Below are positions 30,779-39,159 of a stretch of 64,000 nt of DNA, one piece after another. This stretch comes from an uncultured Bacteroidales bacterium. Lineage in GTDB: Bacteria > Bacteroidota > Bacteroidia > Bacteroidales > BM520. The translations under genes were made by a program, and so were the position numbers. The stretch spans positions 760-64,759 of the forward strand of contig CAYYSU010000007.1 of NCBI GenBank assembly GCA_964474455.1, given 5' to 3'. The first letter of the stretch is position 1. Each line of letters opens with the position of its first letter. Below the pieces are notes generated by a model. It worked only from the letters and a program-made list of their open reading frames with translations. It was not told the DNA's origin and did not search any database.

Positions 30779-31285
30779 ATGACACCAATAGTAAGTATTA
30801 TTATGGGCAGCACCAGCGATCTTCCTGTGATGGAGAAAGCTGCAAAGTTTTTTGAAGAGATGGAGATTCCTTTTGAGATAAATGCTTTATCAGCGCATCG
30901 CACTCCTGATCAGGTTGAACTTTTCGCCAAAGGAGCCAAAGCAAGAGGAATAAAAGTTATAATAGCTGGCGCAGGTATGGCGGCTCATCTGCCGGGGGTT
31001 ATCGCGGCTTCCACGCCAATACCCGTAATTGGTGTGCCTATAAAAGGCGCCACACTGGAAGGTATGGATGCACTGCTGGCAATTGTTCAGATGCCTCCAG
31101 GTATCCCAGTGGCTACAGTGGCCATTAACGGAGCGCTTAATGCAGCAATTCTCGCAGCGCAGATAATCGCTACCGGCGATGAAGCTATGATGGCAAGCGT
31201 GATTCAGTATAAAGAAAACCTCAAAAGCAAAATTGTAAATGCCAACGAGCAACTTTCGCAACTGGAATACAAATTTAAAATGTAA
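30779..31285 (+). CDS. purE: 5-(carboxyamino)imidazole ribonucleotide mutase
   Basis: 168 aa. IIMGSTSDLPVM...SAHRTP...AGMAAHLPGVIAA...PVIGVP is the class I PurE signature. Confidence 0.93.
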   Translation: MTPIVSIIMGSTSDLPVMEKAAKFFEEMEIPFEINALSAHRTPDQVELFAKGAKARGIKVIIAGAGMAAHLPGVIAASTPIPVIGVPIKGATLEGMDALLAIVQMPPGIPVATVAINGALNAAILAAQIIATGDEAMMASVIQYKENLKSKIVNANEQLSQLEYKFKM

Positions 31286-31287
31286 AA

Positions 31288-31332
31288 CATTCATAGCATC
31301 GTTGCATGTGACGATGCTATGAATGCTTTTTT
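31288..31332. terminator. Bidirectional terminator between purE and the O-methyltransferase gene
   Basis: Perfect 15-bp stem CATTCATAGCATCGT (31288-31302) / ACGATGCTATGAATG (31311-31325) followed by CTTTTTT. The right arm overlaps the last codons and stop of the minus-strand gene. Confidence 0.7.
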
Positions 31333-31982
31333 ACCATCATAATACCATCGCGCAAAGGTAACAACAGATTTTCAACCCTGTCATCATTCTGAACATAGTT
31401 ATTAAAGGCTTTAATAGCTTCTGTGTCTTTATCTGCACTCTCATTCAGAACTTTACCATTCCATAACACATTATCTATCAGGATAAATCCACCTGGTTTC
31501 ATTTTGGAAACAAGCGTCTGGTAATAGAACAGGTTATTACGTTTGTCGGCATCTATAAATACCAGATCAACAGAACTATCAATGGTCTCAATAAGATCTT
31601 TTGCATCGCCGATCAGAAGGGTGATGCGCTCTGTATACACACTCTTGTCAAAAAACTCCTTTGCAAGGGCAGCATTTTCTTTATGATTTTCGATGGTGGT
31701 GATGTGGCAGTGCGCAGGCATTGCCTCTGCCATGGCCAAAGTAGAATATCCGGTAAATGTACCCAACTCCACAATATAACTCGGTTGAATCATTTTTACA
31801 ATCATAGCAAGAAAAGCACCCTGAAGATGTCCTGACAACATTCGTGGCAGAAGAACCTGCATATTCGTTTGGCGATTTAGTTCGTGCAGAAGATCACTCT
31901 CCGCTGAAGTATGATCTTCAGCATATTGTCGCAGCTCCGGCGTCAACATAAAGTCGATCTCTTTACTGTTATCGTGTTTCAT
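31317..31982 (-). CDS. SAM-dependent O-methyltransferase, family 3 (caffeoyl-CoA OMT / YrrM-like)
   Basis: 221 aa. SAM-binding VELGTFTGYSTL, then FIDADKRNN and the family-3 C-terminal pattern. Confidence 0.8.
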   Translation of the reverse strand: MKHDNSKEIDFMLTPELRQYAEDHTSAESDLLHELNRQTNMQVLLPRMLSGHLQGAFLAMIVKMIQPSYIVELGTFTGYSTLAMAEAMPAHCHITTIENHKENAALAKEFFDKSVYTERITLLIGDAKDLIETIDSSVDLVFIDADKRNNLFYYQTLVSKMKPGGFILIDNVLWNGKVLNESADKDTEAIKAFNNYVQNDDRVENLLLPLRDGIMMVKKHS

Positions 31983-32010
31983 AATGAAAATTCAATCTAT
32001 TATTTTAGGG

Positions 32011-33105
32011 TTATAATCTATAGAGCTGTTCATCCTCTGTGGTACGATAATGCGAAAAACAATCCGCCGTCATACACGAATGAACAGGTATAATTCCCAC
32101 CAGTGATCCATAATCAAATTTTCGCATCTTCCCCTGAGGAATAGATAATGTTCCGTGCTCCTGTGATAGAGAGGTGACCCAAATATCCTTCTCAGGAAAT
32201 TCCCAACCCTTTTCATTGAAAAAAACCACTTTCCCAAAGATCGTTATTCCATCAACCACCAGCGACTCTTTCGATAGGTGTACACCCCCGCAATGCACGA
32301 CGACCTGATTTCTTTTGGGATACTTCCCAATAACAGGCGCCACAACCACAACAGCTACCTGTTCATCTGCACACACACCAAGCTCCTTTTGCATCAAATC
32401 AAAAAACACAAAATTACCGGGACGTATCTCGTCAATACCAGAAAAACAATCTATCACAGACATAGAAGGCGTATCACCAATGGAGATAATGGCATCGGCA
32501 AAGGCAGAGTTCCACCTTTGTTTCAGACGCTTCATTTTGCCTACCGTATTGTGATGGATGTTCCTTATTTCGTCTATTGATGAAGCATGATATGTAGCTC
32601 CGCTATGTGTCAGAAAGCCTTTAAACCGTAGATGTTTGCAGGATTTCATGGCATCGAGTGCCTTGCTTATAGCCATGCCGTCGTCAACATCAATCCCTGT
32701 TCTGTGGTAGCCACAATCGATCTTCAGGAACACCCCGATCTCATGGGAGATCTTCATATCAACAGCTTTTATCACACGGCCGTCGTCAACAAGGATGTTT
32801 ACAGTAATCTTTTCCGCCAGGAAGTTCAGATTATCGCTTTCGCGGATATTAAAAGGAATGGCAATGGTGATATCATCCCACCCATGATCAGCAAAGTATT
32901 CTGCCATGGAAAGTGAAGAAACCGTGATAGCTTTAACCCCTGCTTCTCTAAACCACTCTCCCACCCCCGCGCTCTGGTGTGTCTTAAAATGAGGGCGAAA
33001 TATTGAACCTGATATGGCAGACTTTGCTGCCATCATACTAATGTTCTTTTTACAAGTATCAGTACTTATGAGTAATTCCGGTTTGGTAAAATGATCTATA
33101 TTCAT
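32011..33105 (-). CDS. D-TA family PLP-dependent enzyme (alanine racemase-fold D-threonine aldolase / D-serine dehydratase-like)
   Basis: 364 aa. PLP-lysine context RPHFKTHQS near the N-terminus and a C-terminal D-serine-dehydratase-like domain (VHCGGVHLSKE...IIPVHSCMT). Confidence 0.7.
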   Translation of the reverse strand: MNIDHFTKPELLISTDTCKKNISMMAAKSAISGSIFRPHFKTHQSAGVGEWFREAGVKAITVSSLSMAEYFADHGWDDITIAIPFNIRESDNLNFLAEKITVNILVDDGRVIKAVDMKISHEIGVFLKIDCGYHRTGIDVDDGMAISKALDAMKSCKHLRFKGFLTHSGATYHASSIDEIRNIHHNTVGKMKRLKQRWNSAFADAIISIGDTPSMSVIDCFSGIDEIRPGNFVFFDLMQKELGVCADEQVAVVVVAPVIGKYPKRNQVVVHCGGVHLSKESLVVDGITIFGKVVFFNEKGWEFPEKDIWVTSLSQEHGTLSIPQGKMRKFDYGSLVGIIPVHSCMTADCFSHYRTTEDEQLYRL

Positions 33106-33166
33106 AATTCAAAGATACTATTCACAATTTGGTAGTTATAATTCAGGATAAGAAAAAAATGTATAA

Positions 33167-34042
33167 TCAGTGTGGCATATTTCCAAGGTAAACATGCAAG
33201 AGCTCTTCTTTAGCAAGTTTTTGAAGCTCATACATCTTCCCCACTGGCATTGGAGATTCATTCATCTTATAATGAGGATAATAACGAGACAAATGAAGTA
33301 CTGTATCCTTTCCTAATTCCGTTCTTATGAAAGAAATCATATCCCTAAAAATATCCGGGTCATCATTCTTGCCCGGAATGATAAGATTTACAACCTCCAA
33401 ATGCTTATCAGATTGTGCGATTTGCTTCAAACTGTTTAGTACTGGCTGCAATGACGCAGAAGTCATCTCGGAGTAGAACTGCTCAGTAAAACCCTTCAAA
33501 TCAACGCTAAAAGCATCGACAACCCCAATAAGCTCAGCCAACGGCTCCGGCTCAACATATCCGTTTGTCACAACGACGTTCTTCATCCCCGTCTTTTTTA
33601 TCTGCACCGCCACATCCATCATAAACTCAAACCAAACAATCGGCTCATTGTAAGTATATGCCACCCCGATGTTATCAACTCTGGATCCAGCAAGTGCCAC
33701 GACCTCTTGCGGGCTGCGGCTATTCAAACGAGGAAATGCTTCCGCTGTGGTTTGCGATATGGTATCATTCTGACAGAAGGAACAGCGTAAATTACACCCC
33801 ACGGAGCCCAGACTCAATATTTGTCTCCCTGGATGAAAATGATACAGCGGTTTCTTCTCGATGGGATCGAAACAATAACTACATATTTTTCCGTAAACTG
33901 CGGATACAAGTATTCCTGCTTCGTTCTTACGAACCCGGCATTTGCCATATCTCCCGGGGGAAATAATACAACGATGCGGGCACAGCTGACACTCTACTTT
34001 GTCGCCTTCGGTTTTTATCCAGTATTTTGCATTTTGACTCAT
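33167..34042 (-). CDS. AmmeMemoRadiSam-system-type radical SAM enzyme (PFL-activase-like)
   Basis: N-terminal Cys cluster CQLCPHRCIISPGRYGKCRVR, then radical-SAM CNLRCSFCQN. The ORF is open to 34126, but the ATG at 34042 (MSQNAKYW) lies 5 nt downstream of a TATCTTTG box. Confidence 0.75.
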   Translation of the reverse strand: MSQNAKYWIKTEGDKVECQLCPHRCIISPGRYGKCRVRKNEAGILVSAVYGKICSYCFDPIEKKPLYHFHPGRQILSLGSVGCNLRCSFCQNDTISQTTAEAFPRLNSRSPQEVVALAGSRVDNIGVAYTYNEPIVWFEFMMDVAVQIKKTGMKNVVVTNGYVEPEPLAELIGVVDAFSVDLKGFTEQFYSEMTSASLQPVLNSLKQIAQSDKHLEVVNLIIPGKNDDPDIFRDMISFIRTELGKDTVLHLSRYYPHYKMNESPMPVGKMYELQKLAKEELLHVYLGNMPH

Positions 34043-34047
34043 CACAA

Positions 34048-34055
34048 CAAAGATA
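34048..34055 (-). promoter_or_regulatory. -7 box TATCTTTG (minus strand) abutting the radical SAM start codon
   Basis: Plus-strand CAAAGATA at 34048-34055. Only 5 nt separate it from the ATG at 34042, which implies a leaderless or near-leaderless mRNA. Confidence 0.35.
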
Positions 34056-34135
34056 CAATCATTATTTAGTATTTGCCCTGAGTATTGACATAGAAGAATA
34101 GGGATTTTACTATTTTTACAATTCAAATTTTTGTT

Positions 34136-34657
34136 ATGAGAAAAAATACTCTGCTTTTTGTTATACTAATAATTATGGGCTCCTGCACACAGAAGAAGCA
34201 AACAAAGCTCATCACCGAAAAAATACAGTACGATGTTCAGATCAAAGCTACCAATCCCGACGCCGACTGGTGGGCCGACAACATAGAAGGCTCACAAAGA
34301 GACATGTTTGTGGAATCGTTACTGACAGACGCATTAAACGGAAAAATAGAGGTGTACGATGTTTTTACCAACAATAAAATCTCTGAAAAACAGCTGGAGT
34401 TTATCCGCGGTCGTGTGGATACCGTACTTACGCAAAACCCGGATCCACCATACAACGACACAACCATTATTATTGAACAGAAGTTGGAATACAGAGATGT
34501 TACCAGGGTGCGATTTTGGGAAGAGTGGGTTTACAACGGGAAGGATATTCGCAGCATAGAGAAAAAAATTGTTGCCATCGCACCTTTGCTGGAGAATTAC
34601 GATGAATACGGCAATTTCCGAGGGTACCAGCCGTTATTCTGGATCTATACAGAATAA
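34136..34657 (+). CDS. Hypothetical lipoprotein
   Basis: 173 aa. Lipoprotein-type signal MRKNTLLFVILIIMGSC. I recognise no family. Confidence 0.5.
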   Translation: MRKNTLLFVILIIMGSCTQKKQTKLITEKIQYDVQIKATNPDADWWADNIEGSQRDMFVESLLTDALNGKIEVYDVFTNNKISEKQLEFIRGRVDTVLTQNPDPPYNDTTIIIEQKLEYRDVTRVRFWEEWVYNGKDIRSIEKKIVAIAPLLENYDEYGNFRGYQPLFWIYTE

Positions 34658-34677
34658 TAATCAGAGACAACAACATT

Positions 34678-35913
34678 ATGTATCAATACCATACGCTCCC
34701 ATCAGGTCTTAGGATCGTTCACAAGGAGAGTTCCTCAGTAGTATCACATTGCGGAATCATGATCGACACAGGCTCACGAGATGAGACACATAGCGAACAT
34801 GGCATAGCACATTTTATTGAGCACGTGATTTTCAAAGGGACAAAAAAACGGAAGTCATTTCATATCCTTAGCAGAATGGATAACGTGGGTGGTGAGATGA
34901 ACGCATACACCACAAAAGAAGAGACCTGCGTTTACGCCTCTTTCCTGCCCGAATACTACGGCCGCGCCATTGAGCTCTTCAGCGACATTATATTCAACTC
35001 CGTATTTCCTGATAAAGAAATAGAAAAAGAAAAAGATGTGGTTTATGATGAAATAACCAGCTACCTCGATACCCCATGGGAACAAATAGTGGACGATTTC
35101 GAAGACCAGCTCTTTGCCGGGCATGCACTGGGGCGCAACATCCTCGGAACACCAAAAAGCCTCGAAAAACTCAACAGAGAGGATATCTTTAACTTCATAA
35201 AACGAAACTATAAACCCTGGAATATGGTGATCTGCTCCGTGGGAAAGATCTCAATGAAACGTCTTATACTACTGGCGGAAAAACACTTCGTTACAGAAAA
35301 CACCTTCGCTGATGCAATACAGCGTACACCAGTAAACGGATATTATCCGAATAAAAATGTTGTTGAAAGGAATAGCTTTCAGACGCATGTATCGGTGGGC
35401 AACAGGGCATTTTCGTGGGATGACAAACGCCGTGCTACATTGGCTCTTCTCACCAACTACCTCGGCGGTCCGGCCATGAACACACGCCTTAACATGGCCA
35501 TCCGAGAAAAATACGGCATCACATACAATATAGAGGCACAGTACACGCCATACTCCGACACCGGAGTGTTCTATGTGTACATGGGTATGGATCCTGCCAA
35601 TGCGCAGAAAGCGCTGCGACTGCTGCACCGCGAATTCAACTCCATACGGACGAAAGAACCCGGAACCACACAGCTGCATATCGCCAAAAAGCAATTCAAG
35701 GGACAAATGGCCATAGCCCAGGAGTCGAATCTCAACGAGATGCTCTCCATGGCCAAAAGTATGCTCATAAGAAATAAGGTTGACAGCATGGAACAGCTAC
35801 ATGCCAGGATAGAAGGCATCACAGCAAAGCAGTTCCTCGAAACCGCCAATACAATCTTGGCGAAGGATCAACTCTCCACACTAATTTTCAAAGGAAATGA
35901 GAATAAAAAATAA
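34678..35913 (+). CDS. M16-family zinc peptidase (insulinase/pitrilysin-like)
   Basis: 411 aa. Inverted zinc motif HFIEH (GIAHFIEHVIFKGT), followed by EMNAYTTKEET. Confidence 0.85.
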   Translation: MYQYHTLPSGLRIVHKESSSVVSHCGIMIDTGSRDETHSEHGIAHFIEHVIFKGTKKRKSFHILSRMDNVGGEMNAYTTKEETCVYASFLPEYYGRAIELFSDIIFNSVFPDKEIEKEKDVVYDEITSYLDTPWEQIVDDFEDQLFAGHALGRNILGTPKSLEKLNREDIFNFIKRNYKPWNMVICSVGKISMKRLILLAEKHFVTENTFADAIQRTPVNGYYPNKNVVERNSFQTHVSVGNRAFSWDDKRRATLALLTNYLGGPAMNTRLNMAIREKYGITYNIEAQYTPYSDTGVFYVYMGMDPANAQKALRLLHREFNSIRTKEPGTTQLHIAKKQFKGQMAIAQESNLNEMLSMAKSMLIRNKVDSMEQLHARIEGITAKQFLETANTILAKDQLSTLIFKGNENKK

Positions 35914-35935
35914 AAATCTTATTTACTAAAATATC

Positions 35936-36775
35936 TTACTCCACCACATGCACCTCAGCAGCATGAATTACCTCTTTCGTGTCGTCACGATAGATGTATC
36001 CTACAAAGGCGCAGTTATCGGCATTCCAGTTTTCAGCAAGTGAAAAGGAGTAGGTTTTTGAGATAACTCCTAATGCTGAATCAATAGTCTCGCCCCAGGT
36101 ACCGTTAACGTCTCCGCGAAAAACATGCTTATGCTTCCAGTCATGGATCGTCGGTGTATCACCAACATCAGGATTATTGTTGCTCTGTGGCGACACGATA
36201 TCATCCTCTATCACCACCAAACAGAATTTATAATCCACTGACTCAGGGTTGAACACTTCCATTTCAACGGTGATATCTGCTGATCTGTCACTATCGTTGT
36301 ACTCTGATCCAAGAGATATCTCAGCGAGTGCCTCTTCCTCGATTAGTTGTTCTATGGGTGTCTGCCATTGATCTTTACCCAAAACACGGCTTCCATCAAT
36401 TTCTTTCCGGCTCACCATACCGGAGGGGTTAGCATTAACACCAAAATAATCATTTAGAGTTGTTCCTGCTGTGGTCTGATAATCTGCGGCATAATCGCCA
36501 CCATATGGATAGGCAACCCATCCGGCATGTATAGCAACAACGATCATTTGATCGCCATACAGCTCTTTATATGTATTCAGCTGAAGGGATGCTTCGGGGC
36601 AGTTCGGACAGTAGTGTCCGGTAAATTCTTCAACCAGCACTACTCTTTTACCAGTTTCTCCACCACCGGAGCCCGCAGGACCTTTGTTAATAAGAAATGG
36701 CTCCTCTACTTTATCGCAACCGAAAAACATTCCGGCTGCCATAACCATCATTATTAGTATTCGTATTGTTTTCAT
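35936..36775 (-). CDS. Omp28-related thioredoxin-fold lipoprotein
   Basis: 279 aa. Lipobox-like MFFGC and a CxxC motif in VVLVEEFTGHYCPNCPEA, typical of the Omp28-related family. Confidence 0.6.
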   Translation of the reverse strand: MKTIRILIMMVMAAGMFFGCDKVEEPFLINKGPAGSGGGETGKRVVLVEEFTGHYCPNCPEASLQLNTYKELYGDQMIVVAIHAGWVAYPYGGDYAADYQTTAGTTLNDYFGVNANPSGMVSRKEIDGSRVLGKDQWQTPIEQLIEEEALAEISLGSEYNDSDRSADITVEMEVFNPESVDYKFCLVVIEDDIVSPQSNNNPDVGDTPTIHDWKHKHVFRGDVNGTWGETIDSALGVISKTYSFSLAENWNADNCAFVGYIYRDDTKEVIHAAEVHVVE

Positions 36776-36786
36776 GATAAAAATCT

Positions 36787-38493
36787 TTAGAAGCTACTTG
36801 TTACTGTTAATGTTACACCTGTGGAAGCAGGAACCTGACGGCACACACCACCTACACAAAGCAGACCTTCGCGCTGACGACCGAAAGAGAGCGCAATACG
36901 CGTTGCATCTTTGATATATCCAGCAGCAACGTTGAAGTAATGTGTCTGCTCTTCTGCAATTGGATTACCATAATTATACTCATCCATAACAGAGATAAAA
37001 TACTTTGGTGCGATGTTATATTCCAGAGTCAGTGATGCCCAGTCGCCTTTGTCCTCTTCAGTAAAAAGCATCTGTGCCTCAGTACGTAACGACTGGCGAG
37101 GGGTTATTTTATATGTCACATCAGCAATACCGATATGAGCATATACTTTACCATACTCATTATGGTGACCTTCAATAACATCCTTGTCGTAAACCTGGTT
37201 CAGGTAAGTAAAAACACCCTTCCATTTATTATTAAATTTCTTAGTTATTTTCACATTGATATCCTGGAAGAACATATCCCCACCCAGCTTTAGAAAGTCA
37301 CTTTCGTATCCCATTGTTCCGGTTTGTCCTATGGACATTCCTTCTGCCAGAGGTTGTTTATCGATATCAAAAACAACAGCGTAATTAAGCGCGATATTCA
37401 TACCATAACGGCCACCAAGCTTCGACTTCCTTGGAATAGTATAAACCACATCACCCTGAAAAGCATACTCACCATTTAGCTGTGTTGCATAAGGATACAT
37501 GGTAGCCAGGCTGTAGTGGTGCATCTTCGTCAAAGGAGGCACGAAGTTAATGTCGAGCATATTTCCGGATTCCGTCATCTTCGACTTATAGCTCATATTG
37601 TCCACACGCTTTGCAGCCAAGATAACACCCAGACCTTTAGTGGAATAACTTAACGTAGAAAAGAGTGCCTGTCCCGGCTTATAGATATAATTATTATACT
37701 GGGAAGGGTTATTCATCTTATAAGCATACTCGGTGATAAAGTTAAATCCACGGTGGCTCACATTCATACGTCCGGCGAAAGAAGCTACATTAACAGGCAG
37801 GCTATATTCGAAAATTGTATCGTTGATAATAGTAGTCTTGGAGGTCATTTTTTCATACTTGCTGACCACGCTGCCACCCAGAAGAATCTGTGTCTGTTTT
37901 CCTTCAAGTCCTTTAATCATATCATTAAGAAAAAACTCCACATCTCCACCACGAACGATACCACGGTTACCATCGTCATATTTCTGCCAGTAATAACGCT
38001 GTGTACCTATAAGACCTTTAAGCGTTACACCTTTGTATGGGTTCAGCTTCACACGGATACCATTAAGTGAGTTATCATAACCCAGATTCCACTCCTGATA
38101 GGTTCTCAATATCAATCCGCTACCAAACTGCTCATAGAAATTTCCGACAGTAACATCCACATAGTCGTTTTTATATTGTGCATAATAATAAGGTATTCCC
38201 TGGCCTTCATGCTGTGGCTCGAAGCCCAACAATGGCGACAGATACGCCTCATAGCGCATGCCGGCAGTAAAATTATTGTTGGTGTAGTTAAGGTCAAGAA
38301 ACCCATTAAGACCCATGCGCTTACCATTGAGAGTAGAGTCGTTGATACCTAGTACATCATCATCGGTATAGTACTGCATATCCGTTTGGAAGTTACCATG
38401 AACCTGGCCACCGGATAAAAAATTTTGCGCTAAAACAGAACTTGCACTACCAAATATCAGCAGTGCAAGAAGGGTAAAAATATTCCTTTTCAT
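36787..38493 (-). CDS. Outer-membrane beta-barrel protein (DUF6029-like)
   Basis: 568 aa. Signal peptide MKRNIFTLLALLIFGSASSVLAQ, alternating aromatic/Gly beta-strand pattern throughout, and a terminal ...TLTVTSSF typical of OM barrels. Confidence 0.6.
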   Translation of the reverse strand: MKRNIFTLLALLIFGSASSVLAQNFLSGGQVHGNFQTDMQYYTDDDVLGINDSTLNGKRMGLNGFLDLNYTNNNFTAGMRYEAYLSPLLGFEPQHEGQGIPYYYAQYKNDYVDVTVGNFYEQFGSGLILRTYQEWNLGYDNSLNGIRVKLNPYKGVTLKGLIGTQRYYWQKYDDGNRGIVRGGDVEFFLNDMIKGLEGKQTQILLGGSVVSKYEKMTSKTTIINDTIFEYSLPVNVASFAGRMNVSHRGFNFITEYAYKMNNPSQYNNYIYKPGQALFSTLSYSTKGLGVILAAKRVDNMSYKSKMTESGNMLDINFVPPLTKMHHYSLATMYPYATQLNGEYAFQGDVVYTIPRKSKLGGRYGMNIALNYAVVFDIDKQPLAEGMSIGQTGTMGYESDFLKLGGDMFFQDINVKITKKFNNKWKGVFTYLNQVYDKDVIEGHHNEYGKVYAHIGIADVTYKITPRQSLRTEAQMLFTEEDKGDWASLTLEYNIAPKYFISVMDEYNYGNPIAEEQTHYFNVAAGYIKDATRIALSFGRQREGLLCVGGVCRQVPASTGVTLTVTSSF

Positions 38494-38503
38494 TATTTAC
38501 AAA

Positions 38504-39037
38504 TTAATGTGCGTCATCAAGTTTTTCACCATTAGCCAACTTCCTCACCTTTTCTATGAGATCCAGCTCAGCACCTTCAGCAAAAGAGGTGTGCTGCCAT
38601 ACGATGTTACCTTCACCGTCGAGCAGGAAAGTGTGAGGAATCATATTTACGTTGAGAGCCTTTTTAAATTCCTGGTTTTTGTCTAGGAGAATCTCATATT
38701 CCCAGCCATTTCCGTTGGCAGTAGGACCCACTCTTGAGCTAGAACGGCTATCGTCGATAGAAACAGCATAAATCTTGACTCCAGTCTCATCAACCCAATC
38801 TTCATATACGTCGGCGATTGTGTTGAGCTCTTTGATACAAGGCTTACACCACAAAGCCCAAAAGCTGATAATTACCGGGTATCCGTCATTATCAATGTTG
38901 GAGGTGTTAAATGGTTCACCATTTATTGTAGTAAGATTTACAGATGGGATTTTATAAGCTTTATCTGAGGTCTGTGCAAATATTGTTGTTGTAAGGAGCA
39001 CAGAAAAAACAAAAATGATACTTTTTTTCATATACAT
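38504..39037 (-). CDS. TlpA-family thiol:disulfide oxidoreductase
   Basis: 177 aa. Signal peptide, and thioredoxin-fold active site FWALWCKPC. Confidence 0.8.
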   Translation of the reverse strand: MYMKKSIIFVFSVLLTTTIFAQTSDKAYKIPSVNLTTINGEPFNTSNIDNDGYPVIISFWALWCKPCIKELNTIADVYEDWVDETGVKIYAVSIDDSRSSSRVGPTANGNGWEYEILLDKNQEFKKALNVNMIPHTFLLDGEGNIVWQHTSFAEGAELDLIEKVRKLANGEKLDDAH

Positions 39038-39159
39038 AAGTTTCAGGTTTCAAAAAAAGATTTGTGATAATAATTACTAAGAAGACAACGTGACTCCCTT
39101 AAAGGTTCCATGAAAGAATGCAAATTCCAGACCGCAAATTCTTATTGGGAGGTTATAAC

